From Colwellia polaris (GTDB taxonomy: Archaea > Nanohalarchaeota > Nanosalinia > Nanosalinales > Nanosalinaceae), in NCBI GenBank assembly GCA_047617785.1, contig JBLGBK010000003.1:1-64000 (forward strand): a DNA stretch of 64,000 nt, given 5' to 3'. Shown here in pieces: positions 37,869 through 46,560 of this stretch. Made by a program: the position numbers and the translations under genes. Below the pieces are notes generated by a model, which worked only from the letters and a program-made list of their open reading frames with translations, did not search any database and was not told where the DNA came from. Each line of letters opens with the position of its first letter. Positions within the stretch are counted from its first letter, which is position 1.

Positions 37869-38660
37869 ATGTCCAAGATAAGGAAATACTTCGAATTTGT
37901 CCGCATAGGATTCAGAGAATCAACAGCATATCGATTTAATGCTGTTATGTCTTTAGTAGCATCAATTCTCTACTTGATAATGGTTTATGCCATCTGGACA
38001 GCGATAGATGCAGGAGGACAACTTGCAGCCAGTCTAACCGGGGTTCTTACATATATTCTACTCGGACAGGTTGTATCTAACTCTGTTTTTATTGACGTAG
38101 AAAGTTTCATGTCCGAAAGAGTCAGAGAAGGAACTATAGTGAACGAACTGAAGCGTCCTGTCTCGCTCAGGCTTCAGGTATACTCGTATCTCGTAGGAAA
38201 GTCAGCTTTCAACATCGTAACAAAGGGCCTGCCAGTCCTGATTATCGGCTTCCTTTTCATCAATATCCAGGCTCCATCCTTAATGAACGCCTTGGCATTT
38301 GTAGTCTCGCTCATATTGAGCTTTAACCTCGTATTCGCATTTTCATTCCTGACCTCAATGTTGGTTTTCTGGACAGAAATTGGTTGGGGGATCAGAGCAA
38401 TGCGTACAAACATACAGGACGTATTTTCAGGGGTTCTATTCCCGCTTTATCTGCTTCCTGTAGGGCTAGTATCGTTCTTCGATATACTACCTTTCAAGTG
38501 GATGGCAGACGGACCGATACAAATTTTCACCATGGAAGCAACAGGAGCGGAGGTAATCCGGATTTTTGGCCTCCAGTTATTCTGGATTTTTATAATGTCA
38601 GTTCTAGGAGAACTAGCCTGGCGAAAAGCTAAGACAAAGTTAACGGTTCAAGGGGGATAA
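37869..38660 (+). CDS. ABC-2 family permease
   Basis: About 6 TM helices; VREGTIVNELKRP, FSGVLFPL and C-terminal VQGG. Confidence 0.9.
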   Translation: MSKIRKYFEFVRIGFRESTAYRFNAVMSLVASILYLIMVYAIWTAIDAGGQLAASLTGVLTYILLGQVVSNSVFIDVESFMSERVREGTIVNELKRPVSLRLQVYSYLVGKSAFNIVTKGLPVLIIGFLFINIQAPSLMNALAFVVSLILSFNLVFAFSFLTSMLVFWTEIGWGIRAMRTNIQDVFSGVLFPLYLLPVGLVSFFDILPFKWMADGPIQIFTMEATGAEVIRIFGLQLFWIFIMSVLGELAWRKAKTKLTVQGG

Positions 38661-38663
38661 AAA

Positions 38664-39479
38664 ATGATTAAAGACAAATTAGCGGTTGTAAAGAAATACC
38701 TCAGTATCTACTGGTATTACTTCAAACAGTACTGGAAAACACGACTTGTCTACAAGGGAGACTTTGCCGTAGGATTTATCGCACAGCTAATCAACCTCGG
38801 GGCATCTCTCGCTTTCCTGACTCTCCTCTTCACGCAAGTTGAATCACTCAACGGTTGGAGCTTCAACGAGATGCTATTTCTCGCAGGGGTTGGAGGATTC
38901 ATCATGAACTTCCACCATGTCTTCTTATTCAATATGTTCAGTCTGGAAGACTACATCGTCGAAGGACGCATGGACAGATTCCTAGTAAGGCCGTTAAGCC
39001 CTTTATTCCAGGTATACGCTGATGACGTCTCAGACAATAACCTGTCCAAGCTGATAGCTAACTCTGCATTAATTATCTACTCGGCAAACCAGATGGGGCT
39101 AAATCTGCTAACGTTTTCAAACGTCGCATATGGGGTAGCCGCTCTTGTATCGGGAGTTCTGGTTTTTGCAGCAGCTTACATGGCATTTGCTACAACAGGT
39201 TTCTGGACGGGAAGATCAAGAAGCGCTATCTGGCTGATATTTCGGCTAAGCGAGTACCGGCGCTATCCATACAATATCTACAGCTTGCCGATCCAGATAA
39301 TACTGGTTACAGCTATACCTATAGCCTTTGCTTCATTCTTCCCGGCAACATACTTCCTTGGAAAAGAAGGGTGGCAGATTTGGCAGTACGCATCTATAGC
39401 AGCAGGACCGGTTCTATACAGCCTGGCGCTGGCTTTCTGGAAGTACGGTCTCAGCAACTACTCTAGTACAGGGAGCTGA
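38664..39479 (+). CDS. ABC-2 family permease
   Basis: GWSFNEM, GRMDRFLVRP, YPYNIY and C-terminal YSSTGS. Confidence 0.9.
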   Translation: MIKDKLAVVKKYLSIYWYYFKQYWKTRLVYKGDFAVGFIAQLINLGASLAFLTLLFTQVESLNGWSFNEMLFLAGVGGFIMNFHHVFLFNMFSLEDYIVEGRMDRFLVRPLSPLFQVYADDVSDNNLSKLIANSALIIYSANQMGLNLLTFSNVAYGVAALVSGVLVFAAAYMAFATTGFWTGRSRSAIWLIFRLSEYRRYPYNIYSLPIQIILVTAIPIAFASFFPATYFLGKEGWQIWQYASIAAGPVLYSLALAFWKYGLSNYSSTGS

Positions 39480-39523
39480 CTACCCTCACTTATTAAACAG
39501 TTCCTTTCTTTTGCTTTTGCTAC

Positions 39524-40138
39524 ATGACAACATTTCACGAGTTTGTTTACTCGGAATTGGGGGAGCCAGATTCTCTTGATATTGTAGGTCTTGGACCTGC
39601 TGAAAGAGAGTATGATAATCAGTGGCTTTATGAGATGAATCGCAATTTTTCTCGAATAGACAGTCTTGATCAAGCAAGCGATTACTGGCTTGGTTTTGAG
39701 CAGGATGACCGAGATTATGATATTGAAGGAGATGTTTTCGAACAGGACTTCTACGATGCGATTCTGGATGGAGATGCAGCAATTCTTGTGGCTCCTAAGC
39801 CAACCATATACAGAGGTTCTGCTACAGAAGATAATTCGTATACGTCTAATTATGTCGAGTTAGGTGAACTTGCCAAAACTGGTCTTGACGCTGTACTAAT
39901 GAGAAAGATTGATGAGGGCTTTGAAGCACTAACTCATCTAGAGTACAAGGATATGGCGGATAACTTCCGTGAGGGATTCCAGAAAAAGGAGCGTTCAATG
40001 CAGGAAATGGAGCCAAGAGACATGGCGAATGTAGTTCAGAATCAACCTGATATCCAAGCTACACACTTGAACTGGACTACTCAAGATGAAGAGGTAATTC
40101 TCGTTACTGAGAGTCAGAAACCACTTTCAACGCTTTGA
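39524..40138 (+). CDS. Hypothetical protein, possibly a degenerate SAM-dependent methyltransferase fold
   Basis: LDIVGLGP / IDSLD / IEGDVF / DAAILVAP occur in class I MTase motif order. Confidence 0.55.
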   Translation: MTTFHEFVYSELGEPDSLDIVGLGPAEREYDNQWLYEMNRNFSRIDSLDQASDYWLGFEQDDRDYDIEGDVFEQDFYDAILDGDAAILVAPKPTIYRGSATEDNSYTSNYVELGELAKTGLDAVLMRKIDEGFEALTHLEYKDMADNFREGFQKKERSMQEMEPRDMANVVQNQPDIQATHLNWTTQDEEVILVTESQKPLSTL

Positions 40139-40232
40139 AAACCAGGTAGAATACTTCAAACCTCATCTTCTGAAATCGAAGCAGGCAGTTCCATTAAAGA
40201 AAAATCTTGAAAAGTAAATAAAAAGTAGTAGA

Positions 40233-40250
40233 GAGGTCTTGACAGACCTC
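40233..40250 (-). terminator. Hairpin plus U-rich tract downstream of ppa
   Basis: GAGGTCT-TGAC-AGACCTC perfect 7-bp inverted repeat followed on the minus strand by T-rich runs. Confidence 0.5.
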
Positions 40251-40256
40251 AAGTTT

Positions 40257-40790
40257 TTACTCGAATTTCTCGCTGTAAAGTTCTTGACTTCTCTCAATGG
40301 CTTCTTTAGCGTCTTCTGCGTCGCCCCAGCCTTCAATCTCTACTTCTTTCTTAGGTTCGAGGTTCTTGTATGTCTTGAAGAACTCTGCGATCTCTTTCTT
40401 CTTGTGCTCATTGACGTCTTCAAGATCTTCAACGTTGTTCCAGCGCGGATCTTCTGTAGGTACTGCGATGATGTTGTCGTCCTGTTCTCCGTCGTCGTCC
40501 ATGTAGAGGATTCCAACTGGTCTGACTTCGATTACGCATCCTGGGAAAGTTGAGTGTGTGGTCAGTACGAGGATGTCCATTGGGTCGCCGTCTTCGTAGT
40601 AGGCTTGTGGGATGAATCCGTAGTCACCGGGGTACTGGATTGATGAGTAGAGTACTCTGTCGAGGACAACTGACTCTTTTTCTTTGTCGTATTCGTATTT
40701 GTTTTCTGTTCCGTCAGGGTTTTCGATTATTGCGTTGATTACATCCGGCGCGTCCGGACCTGTTTCGTAGTCCTGCCACTTGTTTACCAT
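40257..40790 (-). CDS. ppa: Inorganic pyrophosphatase (family I)
   Basis: NKYEYDK, LDRVL, YPGDYGFIP, DGDPMD and FFKTYKNLE. Confidence 0.97.
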   Translation of the reverse strand: MVNKWQDYETGPDAPDVINAIIENPDGTENKYEYDKEKESVVLDRVLYSSIQYPGDYGFIPQAYYEDGDPMDILVLTTHSTFPGCVIEVRPVGILYMDDDGEQDDNIIAVPTEDPRWNNVEDLEDVNEHKKKEIAEFFKTYKNLEPKKEVEIEGWGDAEDAKEAIERSQELYSEKFE

Positions 40791-40880
40791 TTTGCTTCTA
40801 ACCGTGGATTGGTTAGTTACACTTTTTTAACTGATTGTAGAAGGAGAATTAGAGAAAGATAAGAGAGGGGAATTTTGGTT

Positions 40881-41036
40881 TTATTCGTGGTTCTTGGTTG
40901 TAGCAGATAGTCTAATCATTGAGATATCTGTTACGTGGCCGCAGTTGCTGCAGACAACTTTAACCCAGTCGATATTAGGTTTATCTACTGCGTTCACATG
41001 TAGTTCGTTCCCACATTCTTCGCATTCAAGTGTCAT
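40881..41036 (-). CDS. Small Zn-ribbon protein, 51 aa (not in ORF track)
   Basis: Manual translation MTLECEECGNELHVNAVDKPNIDWVKVVCSNCGHVTDISMIRLSATTKNHE*; two CxxCG knuckles; GAGG upstream. Confidence 0.75.
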   Translation of the reverse strand: MTLECEECGNELHVNAVDKPNIDWVKVVCSNCGHVTDISMIRLSATTKNHE

Positions 41037-41130
41037 GAATTTTGTTCTGCCTCGTCTCCCAGTTTAAAAACAGGTTCCCAACTATTTAAGCCTAACTTGA
41101 ACTGAATAAAACACAGACGAAAAAGCACTT

Positions 41131-41205
41131 GGGTTCGTGGTCTAGCTTGGTTATGACACCTCCTTGACGTGGAGGAGATCCCCAGTTCAAATCTGGGCGA
41201 ACCCA
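41131..41205 (+). tRNA. tRNA-Val(GAC)
   Basis: GGGTTCG...CGAACCC acceptor stem, CCTCC-TTGACGT-GGAGG anticodon arm, CCCAG-TTCAAAT-CTGGG T arm. Confidence 0.96.
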
Positions 41206-41215
41206 CTACGCATTT

Positions 41216-41379
41216 GGGAAAGTAGCTCAGGGGTTAGAGCGCTGCGCTCATAACAACTTTTATGAGCGATGAGGGAGCAGGCGATTTCTGGATAGCCGGC
41301 TTTCCGATGATTAAAAACTCTTCCAGAATCATGTTTGTGAGAAACGCAGAGGTCCCGGGTTCGATTCCCGGCTTTCCCA
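41216..41379 (+). tRNA. tRNA-Met(CAT), elongator-type, with 91-nt intron (41253-41343) at position 37/38
   Basis: GGGAAAG/CTTTCCC acceptor stem, CTGCG/CGCAG anticodon stem, BHB motif (CTCA/TGAG central helix, bulges TA|A and AA|A); Ile2(CAT) identity not formally excluded. Confidence 0.9.
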
Positions 41380-41560
41380 TATAGTTTTGACTTAATTAGA
41401 TTTTATCGTAGCCATCATCTTTTTTTTTGTGTCTAGATAGAAGTAAATTTCCCTGAGCTAGATGAAGATATGTTCTAGCTGGTTTAATTTGGTTTTTGTA
41501 CCAGGTTTTTCCCTCTCTGATAGGGGAACATTAAAATGCATGTATTTAGAATAAGTTGAT

Positions 41561-41926
41561 ATGGCAAGTAAAGAGGAAAAACTCGAGGAGCCTTTAAATG
41601 ATCTGGACGATGTTCAAAGTGTAAATGGTGCTGCAGTTGTCCGACGAGATGGATTGTTAATTGCTTCTAATATGGGCGATGATATTAATGATGATCAGGT
41701 TGGTGCTATGACGGCATCTACAGTAGGGTCTGGAGAGACGGCAAGTGAATCACTGGAAATGGGAGATGTAGAAGCAGTAACAATCGAAGCAAAAAACGGA
41801 AAACTAGTCGCTACAGGAGCAGGAGACGAAGGAATCCTAGCAATACTAACAGACGACGACGTCAACATGGGACTAGTAAAAGTCGAAATGGAAAAAGCAA
41901 CAGACAAAATCAAAAGAGTACTTTAA
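41561..41926 (+). CDS. Roadblock/LC7 (MglB-like) domain protein
   Basis: VNGAAVVRRDGLLIAS, VGAMTAS, VTIEAKNG and NMGLVKVEM. Confidence 0.92.
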   Translation: MASKEEKLEEPLNDLDDVQSVNGAAVVRRDGLLIASNMGDDINDDQVGAMTASTVGSGETASESLEMGDVEAVTIEAKNGKLVATGAGDEGILAILTDDDVNMGLVKVEMEKATDKIKRVL

Positions 41927-42306
41927 ACCCTTTTTCTCCTTACGTTTCTATATCTGTATTTAATAGTATGAAGGAGAGGCAGAAGGATATTTTATTACCT
42001 TCTCCCTCTGGTTAAGTTTTCAGGCTTCGGCTCTTTGCGCCTTAGGAATACATTCTTTATGGCAGTAACCGTCTGATGACTTCAGGTAATCATCCCTCTT
42101 GAAAACTCTTTCTTGGCAAAGAGTGCAGAAACCTAGCCTTACAGATCTTAGTTTAGACATAGTTCGAAAATCCCCCGTCTCCCCTCGGGAATCAGTATTA
42201 CTTTCTCCTTGCTTTTATGGATATATTTACAGCTCTACAATACTACTGTTGAGACAAAAACAGAGAATGAAAAAAGGTTTTTTAGGTCGTTAAATGCTGA
42301 AAAATT

Positions 42307-43977
42307 CTACTGATGGCCGTAGATAAACAGGTTCTCTTCTTCTTTGCGTACAAATCCGAAACGCTCGAACTGGACTATTTCATCTAGCGTGATTTCATTA
42401 GGTTCGATACGGCCTTCAGCTTTTCGACCGTCGGGCATCCACACGATAGATGTCTCAGATTCTTCAGGTGTCCACTGAACAAAGCTTATGTCTTGGTCGA
42501 GAGCTTCCTTGTAATCCTCTTCTACGTAGACTGCAGTTTGCTCGTCTTCAAACTCGATGGTGCATAATCCTTTCAGTCGAAGCTTTCCGTCATTTATATC
42601 CTTTCTATCAACATATACTGTGAATTCTCCCTCTTCTAAGTTGACGTCAGGGCTTCTGTAACCGCGGTCAACGTCAGGATGAATAGGGATCTTCGCTTCT
42701 AGATCTTCCGGAGCGTCTTCGACTGTTATCGCTACAGGTTCTTCTACAAAGAAGTATCGGTCGGCGTCTTCGTCAATTACTCGGGTGTTCTCCTTCTCTA
42801 GACTTTCAATACTCGCTTCGATATTGTTCTCTGTTACTCCCATATCAACGAAGAACTTCTGAATGGCTTCCGGCTGGAAGCCTCTTCTCTTTAACGCTCG
42901 CAGTGTACCGCAGCGAGGATCATTCCATCCTTCAAGCTCGCCATCTTCCACCATTTCTGCTATGGATGAGGTGGACATTGGAGCGGTGAAACCTGATACC
43001 TCTACCGTACCCCAGTATTGGATATACGGGTAATCCCAGTCAAGGTAATCGTAGATGTACTTCTGTCGCTTTGTAGATGCACGTAAATCTTTTCCACGGA
43101 CAATGTGGGTGGTTCCCATGACGTGATCTTCAATAGCGCCTTGGAAGTCAAGCATAGGCCATACGCGGTACTTGTTCTCTGTAATAGGGTGGTTGGCGTT
43201 ATCTATTATTCTAAATGCTACAAAGTCTCTTACTGCAGGGTTTTTGTGGTCCATGTCGGTTTTGATCTTGAGAACGGCTTCTCCTTCTTCAATACTGCCG
43301 TTTTTCATTTCTTCCCAGTTTTTCATTGCCTTTGAAGGAACTTGTTCTCGGTGTGGGCACGCTTCTCCTTCTTTTCTGTATTTCTGTCCTTCTTCCTGGC
43401 TGCAGAAGCAAACATATGCTTTGCCCATGTCAATTAGTTTTTCAGCGTACTCTATGTAGGTATCAAAATTCTTTGAGCTGTAACGTACTTCATCTGGTTC
43501 GTAGCCAAGCCATTTGTAGTCTTCAAGATACATTTCGTAGGCTTCTTCCATCGGACGCTTAGTAACGGGGTCGGTATCGTCGTAGCGAAGAATTAGTTTT
43601 CCGTCATACTTGTCTCTTAGCTCTCCGTTGACTGTCATTCCACGTGCGTGACCGAGGTGAGGCGGTCCGTTAGGATTTGGTGCGAACCGTACCACTACTT
43701 CGTCCATTTCCTCTGCGTTCGTTAGATCGGGCACAGGGTCGTGTTCTTTTTTCTCTGGTATATCGAATTCGTATTGTTCAAGTTCTTCTTCTTGTTCTTC
43801 TAGAGATAGCTGGTTTACTTCCTGGCAGACCTCTTGTGCTGTCGAAGTTACCTCGCCTTTATCATCAAATTCCTCTTCTGCGAATATCTTTCCGATTACT
43901 GCTCCAGGGTTGCATTCGCCGCCGTGCTGGACAGCGTTTCTCAAAGCGTATTTCCGTGCTATCTCTTCTAAACTCAT
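42307..43977 (-). CDS. gltX: Glutamyl-tRNA synthetase (archaeal, likely non-discriminating)
   Basis: RFAPNPNGPPHLGH, LRYDDTDP, THIVRGKD, MSTS and QFERFGF. Confidence 0.97.
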   Translation of the reverse strand: MSLEEIARKYALRNAVQHGGECNPGAVIGKIFAEEEFDDKGEVTSTAQEVCQEVNQLSLEEQEEELEQYEFDIPEKKEHDPVPDLTNAEEMDEVVVRFAPNPNGPPHLGHARGMTVNGELRDKYDGKLILRYDDTDPVTKRPMEEAYEMYLEDYKWLGYEPDEVRYSSKNFDTYIEYAEKLIDMGKAYVCFCSQEEGQKYRKEGEACPHREQVPSKAMKNWEEMKNGSIEEGEAVLKIKTDMDHKNPAVRDFVAFRIIDNANHPITENKYRVWPMLDFQGAIEDHVMGTTHIVRGKDLRASTKRQKYIYDYLDWDYPYIQYWGTVEVSGFTAPMSTSSIAEMVEDGELEGWNDPRCGTLRALKRRGFQPEAIQKFFVDMGVTENNIEASIESLEKENTRVIDEDADRYFFVEEPVAITVEDAPEDLEAKIPIHPDVDRGYRSPDVNLEEGEFTVYVDRKDINDGKLRLKGLCTIEFEDEQTAVYVEEDYKEALDQDISFVQWTPEESETSIVWMPDGRKAEGRIEPNEITLDEIVQFERFGFVRKEEENLFIYGHQ

Positions 43978-44033
43978 ACAAGAACTTTATGAGGTAAAAA
44001 TTTCTATAAAGTCAGTGGTTAGTTTTCCTATCA

Positions 44034-44531
44034 TTATTGGTCTCGTATTAAAGTCCATTTCTTCTCGACGTCGGAGTTGTTTATAACACGTAGATTTCCG
44101 TCTTCTAATTCTAGCCGCGACTTCCTGAGCCCGACATTAGTTATCTCTCCTTTTAACCCGTCAACCTCGACGAAGTCCCCGTTGTTGAAGTCCGGATCTT
44201 TCGCTAGGTAGACGCCTGCAACTGTGTCGGATAGAACGTCCTTTAACGCGAATGATACACCTAGAGCGACGAATCCGGCTGCTGTTCCAAGTGCTGCGGC
44301 GATTTCGCTGAATCCAAGGATGCTTAGGGTGATGAGTGTTGCTGAGAACCATAGTAGTCCTTTAGATATGCTTTCCATAAGGTTCAGGATTGTTTCTTCC
44401 TCGAACTTGTGGGACAAGATATTATGGATAACTTTTCCGCCATAATTTATTGCCAGACTGGCAAATACCAAGAAAAGTGCTGCGGCGATTATGCGTGCGC
44501 CTACAGCGGTTAGAACAGCTTCCGAGATCAT
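44034..44531 (-). CDS. Small-conductance mechanosensitive channel (MscS core)
   Basis: Three TM helices, ALGVSFALKDVLSDTVAG and GDFVEV..G.I..VGLR. Confidence 0.88.
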   Translation of the reverse strand: MISEAVLTAVGARIIAAALFLVFASLAINYGGKVIHNILSHKFEEETILNLMESISKGLLWFSATLITLSILGFSEIAAALGTAAGFVALGVSFALKDVLSDTVAGVYLAKDPDFNNGDFVEVDGLKGEITNVGLRKSRLELEDGNLRVINNSDVEKKWTLIRDQ

Positions 44532-44653
44532 ACGTTCTTAATTTCTTCCTGTGTCTTTTACTTCTGTCGGTCGGCAGAAAAAGAAAGTTTGGTAGTATAT
44601 ATGATTGTTTTTAACCTCTCGTATTTTTAACCAGTAGTTTGTATAACTCGGTT

Positions 44654-45133
44654 ATGGATGAACTCAAAGCTTCGATGATTATTTTGGCTATACTTGCTAT
44701 CGGTTTTGCTGCACTAGGTTTTCTACCTACTCAGAATCAGTCAAAAGTGGTTTTCCAGACCGGATCTCTTGATTCAGCAGTAAAAGTTGAGGTGGCTGAT
44801 AACAGTTCTACGAGGGCGAAAGGCTTGATGAATAGAGAATCGCTTTGCAGAAGATGTGGTATGATCTTTGTCTTTGAGAATGCCGAACAGCGTGCTTTTT
44901 GGATGAAGAACACGTCGATACCGCTGGACATAATTTTCATATCGGAGGATAGAGAGGTTATCAATGTCGAGCAGGCTGATCCTGAACCGGATGTAGCTGA
45001 TGAGAATTTAACGCTTTACAGAAGTGATGAACCTGCAAAGTATGTTGTTGAAGTTAATCAGGGATTTGCTGAAGAAAAAAGTATAGAGGAGGGAACGAAA
45101 GTGTTGTTCCGCTCTATTCCTCTAGATCAATAA
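44654..45133 (+). CDS. DUF192 domain exported protein
   Basis: N-terminal TM, VEVAD...RAKGLM.R, FWMKNTSIPLDIIF and YVVEVNQG. Confidence 0.92.
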   Translation: MDELKASMIILAILAIGFAALGFLPTQNQSKVVFQTGSLDSAVKVEVADNSSTRAKGLMNRESLCRRCGMIFVFENAEQRAFWMKNTSIPLDIIFISEDREVINVEQADPEPDVADENLTLYRSDEPAKYVVEVNQGFAEEKSIEEGTKVLFRSIPLDQ

Positions 45134-46430
45134 CGCTTTGGTTCTCGCTTATGAAGATGTCTTCGTTCAGTGTGTAACCTTCTTGTCGAGCAAGCTCTAC
45201 GTAGCTTCCAAGCTTCTGGATGTGCCCGTGGCTTGGAATGATGTTGTCGGGGTCGAAGAACTTGATGAAGTCTCTGTGATCTTCTTTCTTTGCGTGTCCG
45301 GATGTGTGGACGTTTTTGTAAAGTCTTACGCCCTGTTCCTTCATCTTTTTCTCTAGGTTGTATCTGTTTGCTCTTGTAGGCGGTGTTGGAATCGTTCGGC
45401 TGGAGAAGATTACGTGATCTCCTTCCTTGAACTTGAATGGGTATGTCTGAGATGCGACTTTGTCCATCTGTGCTCCAGGTTCTCCCTGGTTTCCTGTCGC
45501 AACGATTAGCCATTCTTCTCTTTCTCCGTCTACCCGGTCCATTAGCTCCTTACATTCATCGAAGTAGGAAACCATCTTGACGTCAGAGAGATCGATCAGA
45601 TCAAGCTTCTCGGCTGCTTCTGTGTATTCTCTGAGGCTACGCCCCATAAATGCTACCTTTCTTCTGCCATTGTTTGCGTCTAGAATTGAGTTTAGACGTG
45701 CTATCTGACTGGAAAATGTTGTTACGAATACTGCACCACCTGCGTCGTAGCAAGCGTTCAGTACGTTGTCGAGCTCTACCTGAACTGCTTTTTCAGGCTT
45801 TACTCTTCCAGGTTCGTCTACAGAGGTTGTTCCAGGAACCATTACTCGGACTCCTTCTTCTCCTACTTCCTTGAGTCTTTCTGAGTCGGTGTTCTTTCCG
45901 ATTACTGGACTTCGGTCGAACTTCATGTCGTTTCCGTAGACAACATTCCCTTCCTCTGTCCGAAGAAGTGATAGTGTTGCGTCTGGTATACTGTGATTGA
46001 CATGCAAGAATTCAAGAGACTTTTTGGAATTGATTTCGTATTTGTCTCCTGTTTCCAGTTCAACAAGTTCGTTGTTGATGTTCTTCCGATCTCCTTCCAT
46101 CCCGTTCTCGATAATCTTCTTTGTGAACGGGGTACATAGGATTGGTGCGTCGTACTGTCCTGCAAGTTTTGGAATTGCTCCTACGTGGTCAAGGTGTCCG
46201 TGGCCGATAACGATTGCCACGACGTTCTTGTCCATAATCTGTTTGTCTTTAGGAATTGCTCCTGTTTCTAGGGTTTGATTTGTGGTTAGTTCGTCGATTT
46301 GGTCTTCTGCGGCCACGACCTCTTCCATATCATAACCCATGTCGAAGATGACGACTTCTCCGTCATCTGTTTCGACTGCGGTCATGTTCTTTCCGATTTC
46401 TTCGTAGCCTCCAATTGTGTGTACTTTCAT
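45114..46430 (-). CDS. rnj: RNase J (beta-CASP ribonuclease)
   Basis: GGYEEIGKNMT, HGHLDH, HSIPD, TTFSS, TGNQGEP, HTSGH and IPSHG. Confidence 0.95.
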   Translation of the reverse strand: MKVHTIGGYEEIGKNMTAVETDDGEVVIFDMGYDMEEVVAAEDQIDELTTNQTLETGAIPKDKQIMDKNVVAIVIGHGHLDHVGAIPKLAGQYDAPILCTPFTKKIIENGMEGDRKNINNELVELETGDKYEINSKKSLEFLHVNHSIPDATLSLLRTEEGNVVYGNDMKFDRSPVIGKNTDSERLKEVGEEGVRVMVPGTTSVDEPGRVKPEKAVQVELDNVLNACYDAGGAVFVTTFSSQIARLNSILDANNGRRKVAFMGRSLREYTEAAEKLDLIDLSDVKMVSYFDECKELMDRVDGEREEWLIVATGNQGEPGAQMDKVASQTYPFKFKEGDHVIFSSRTIPTPPTRANRYNLEKKMKEQGVRLYKNVHTSGHAKKEDHRDFIKFFDPDNIIPSHGHIQKLGSYVELARQEGYTLNEDIFISENQSVIDLEE

Positions 46431-46560
46431 AAAGTGAGAAATTCACCTGAAATTTTGAAGTCTTTATAACATGTATCATAAATGAGACTCTTTTAAATCC
46501 CTCCTCGATTTCGGCCGGTGGAATACTTAAGACTTCCACTAACTCATACAAACTGTAGAT

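Noticed and set aside
41131-42306. Integrated element at the tRNA-Val/tRNA-Met pair
   Set aside because: No integrase, transposase or downstream duplication of a tRNA 3' end was seen; the CCGGCTTTCC copy lies inside the intron
46488-46540. GTGGAA/TTCCAC inverted repeat in the rnj-gatD divergent region
   Set aside because: A single 6-bp dyad with no second copy noticed and no adjacent regulator; could be chance
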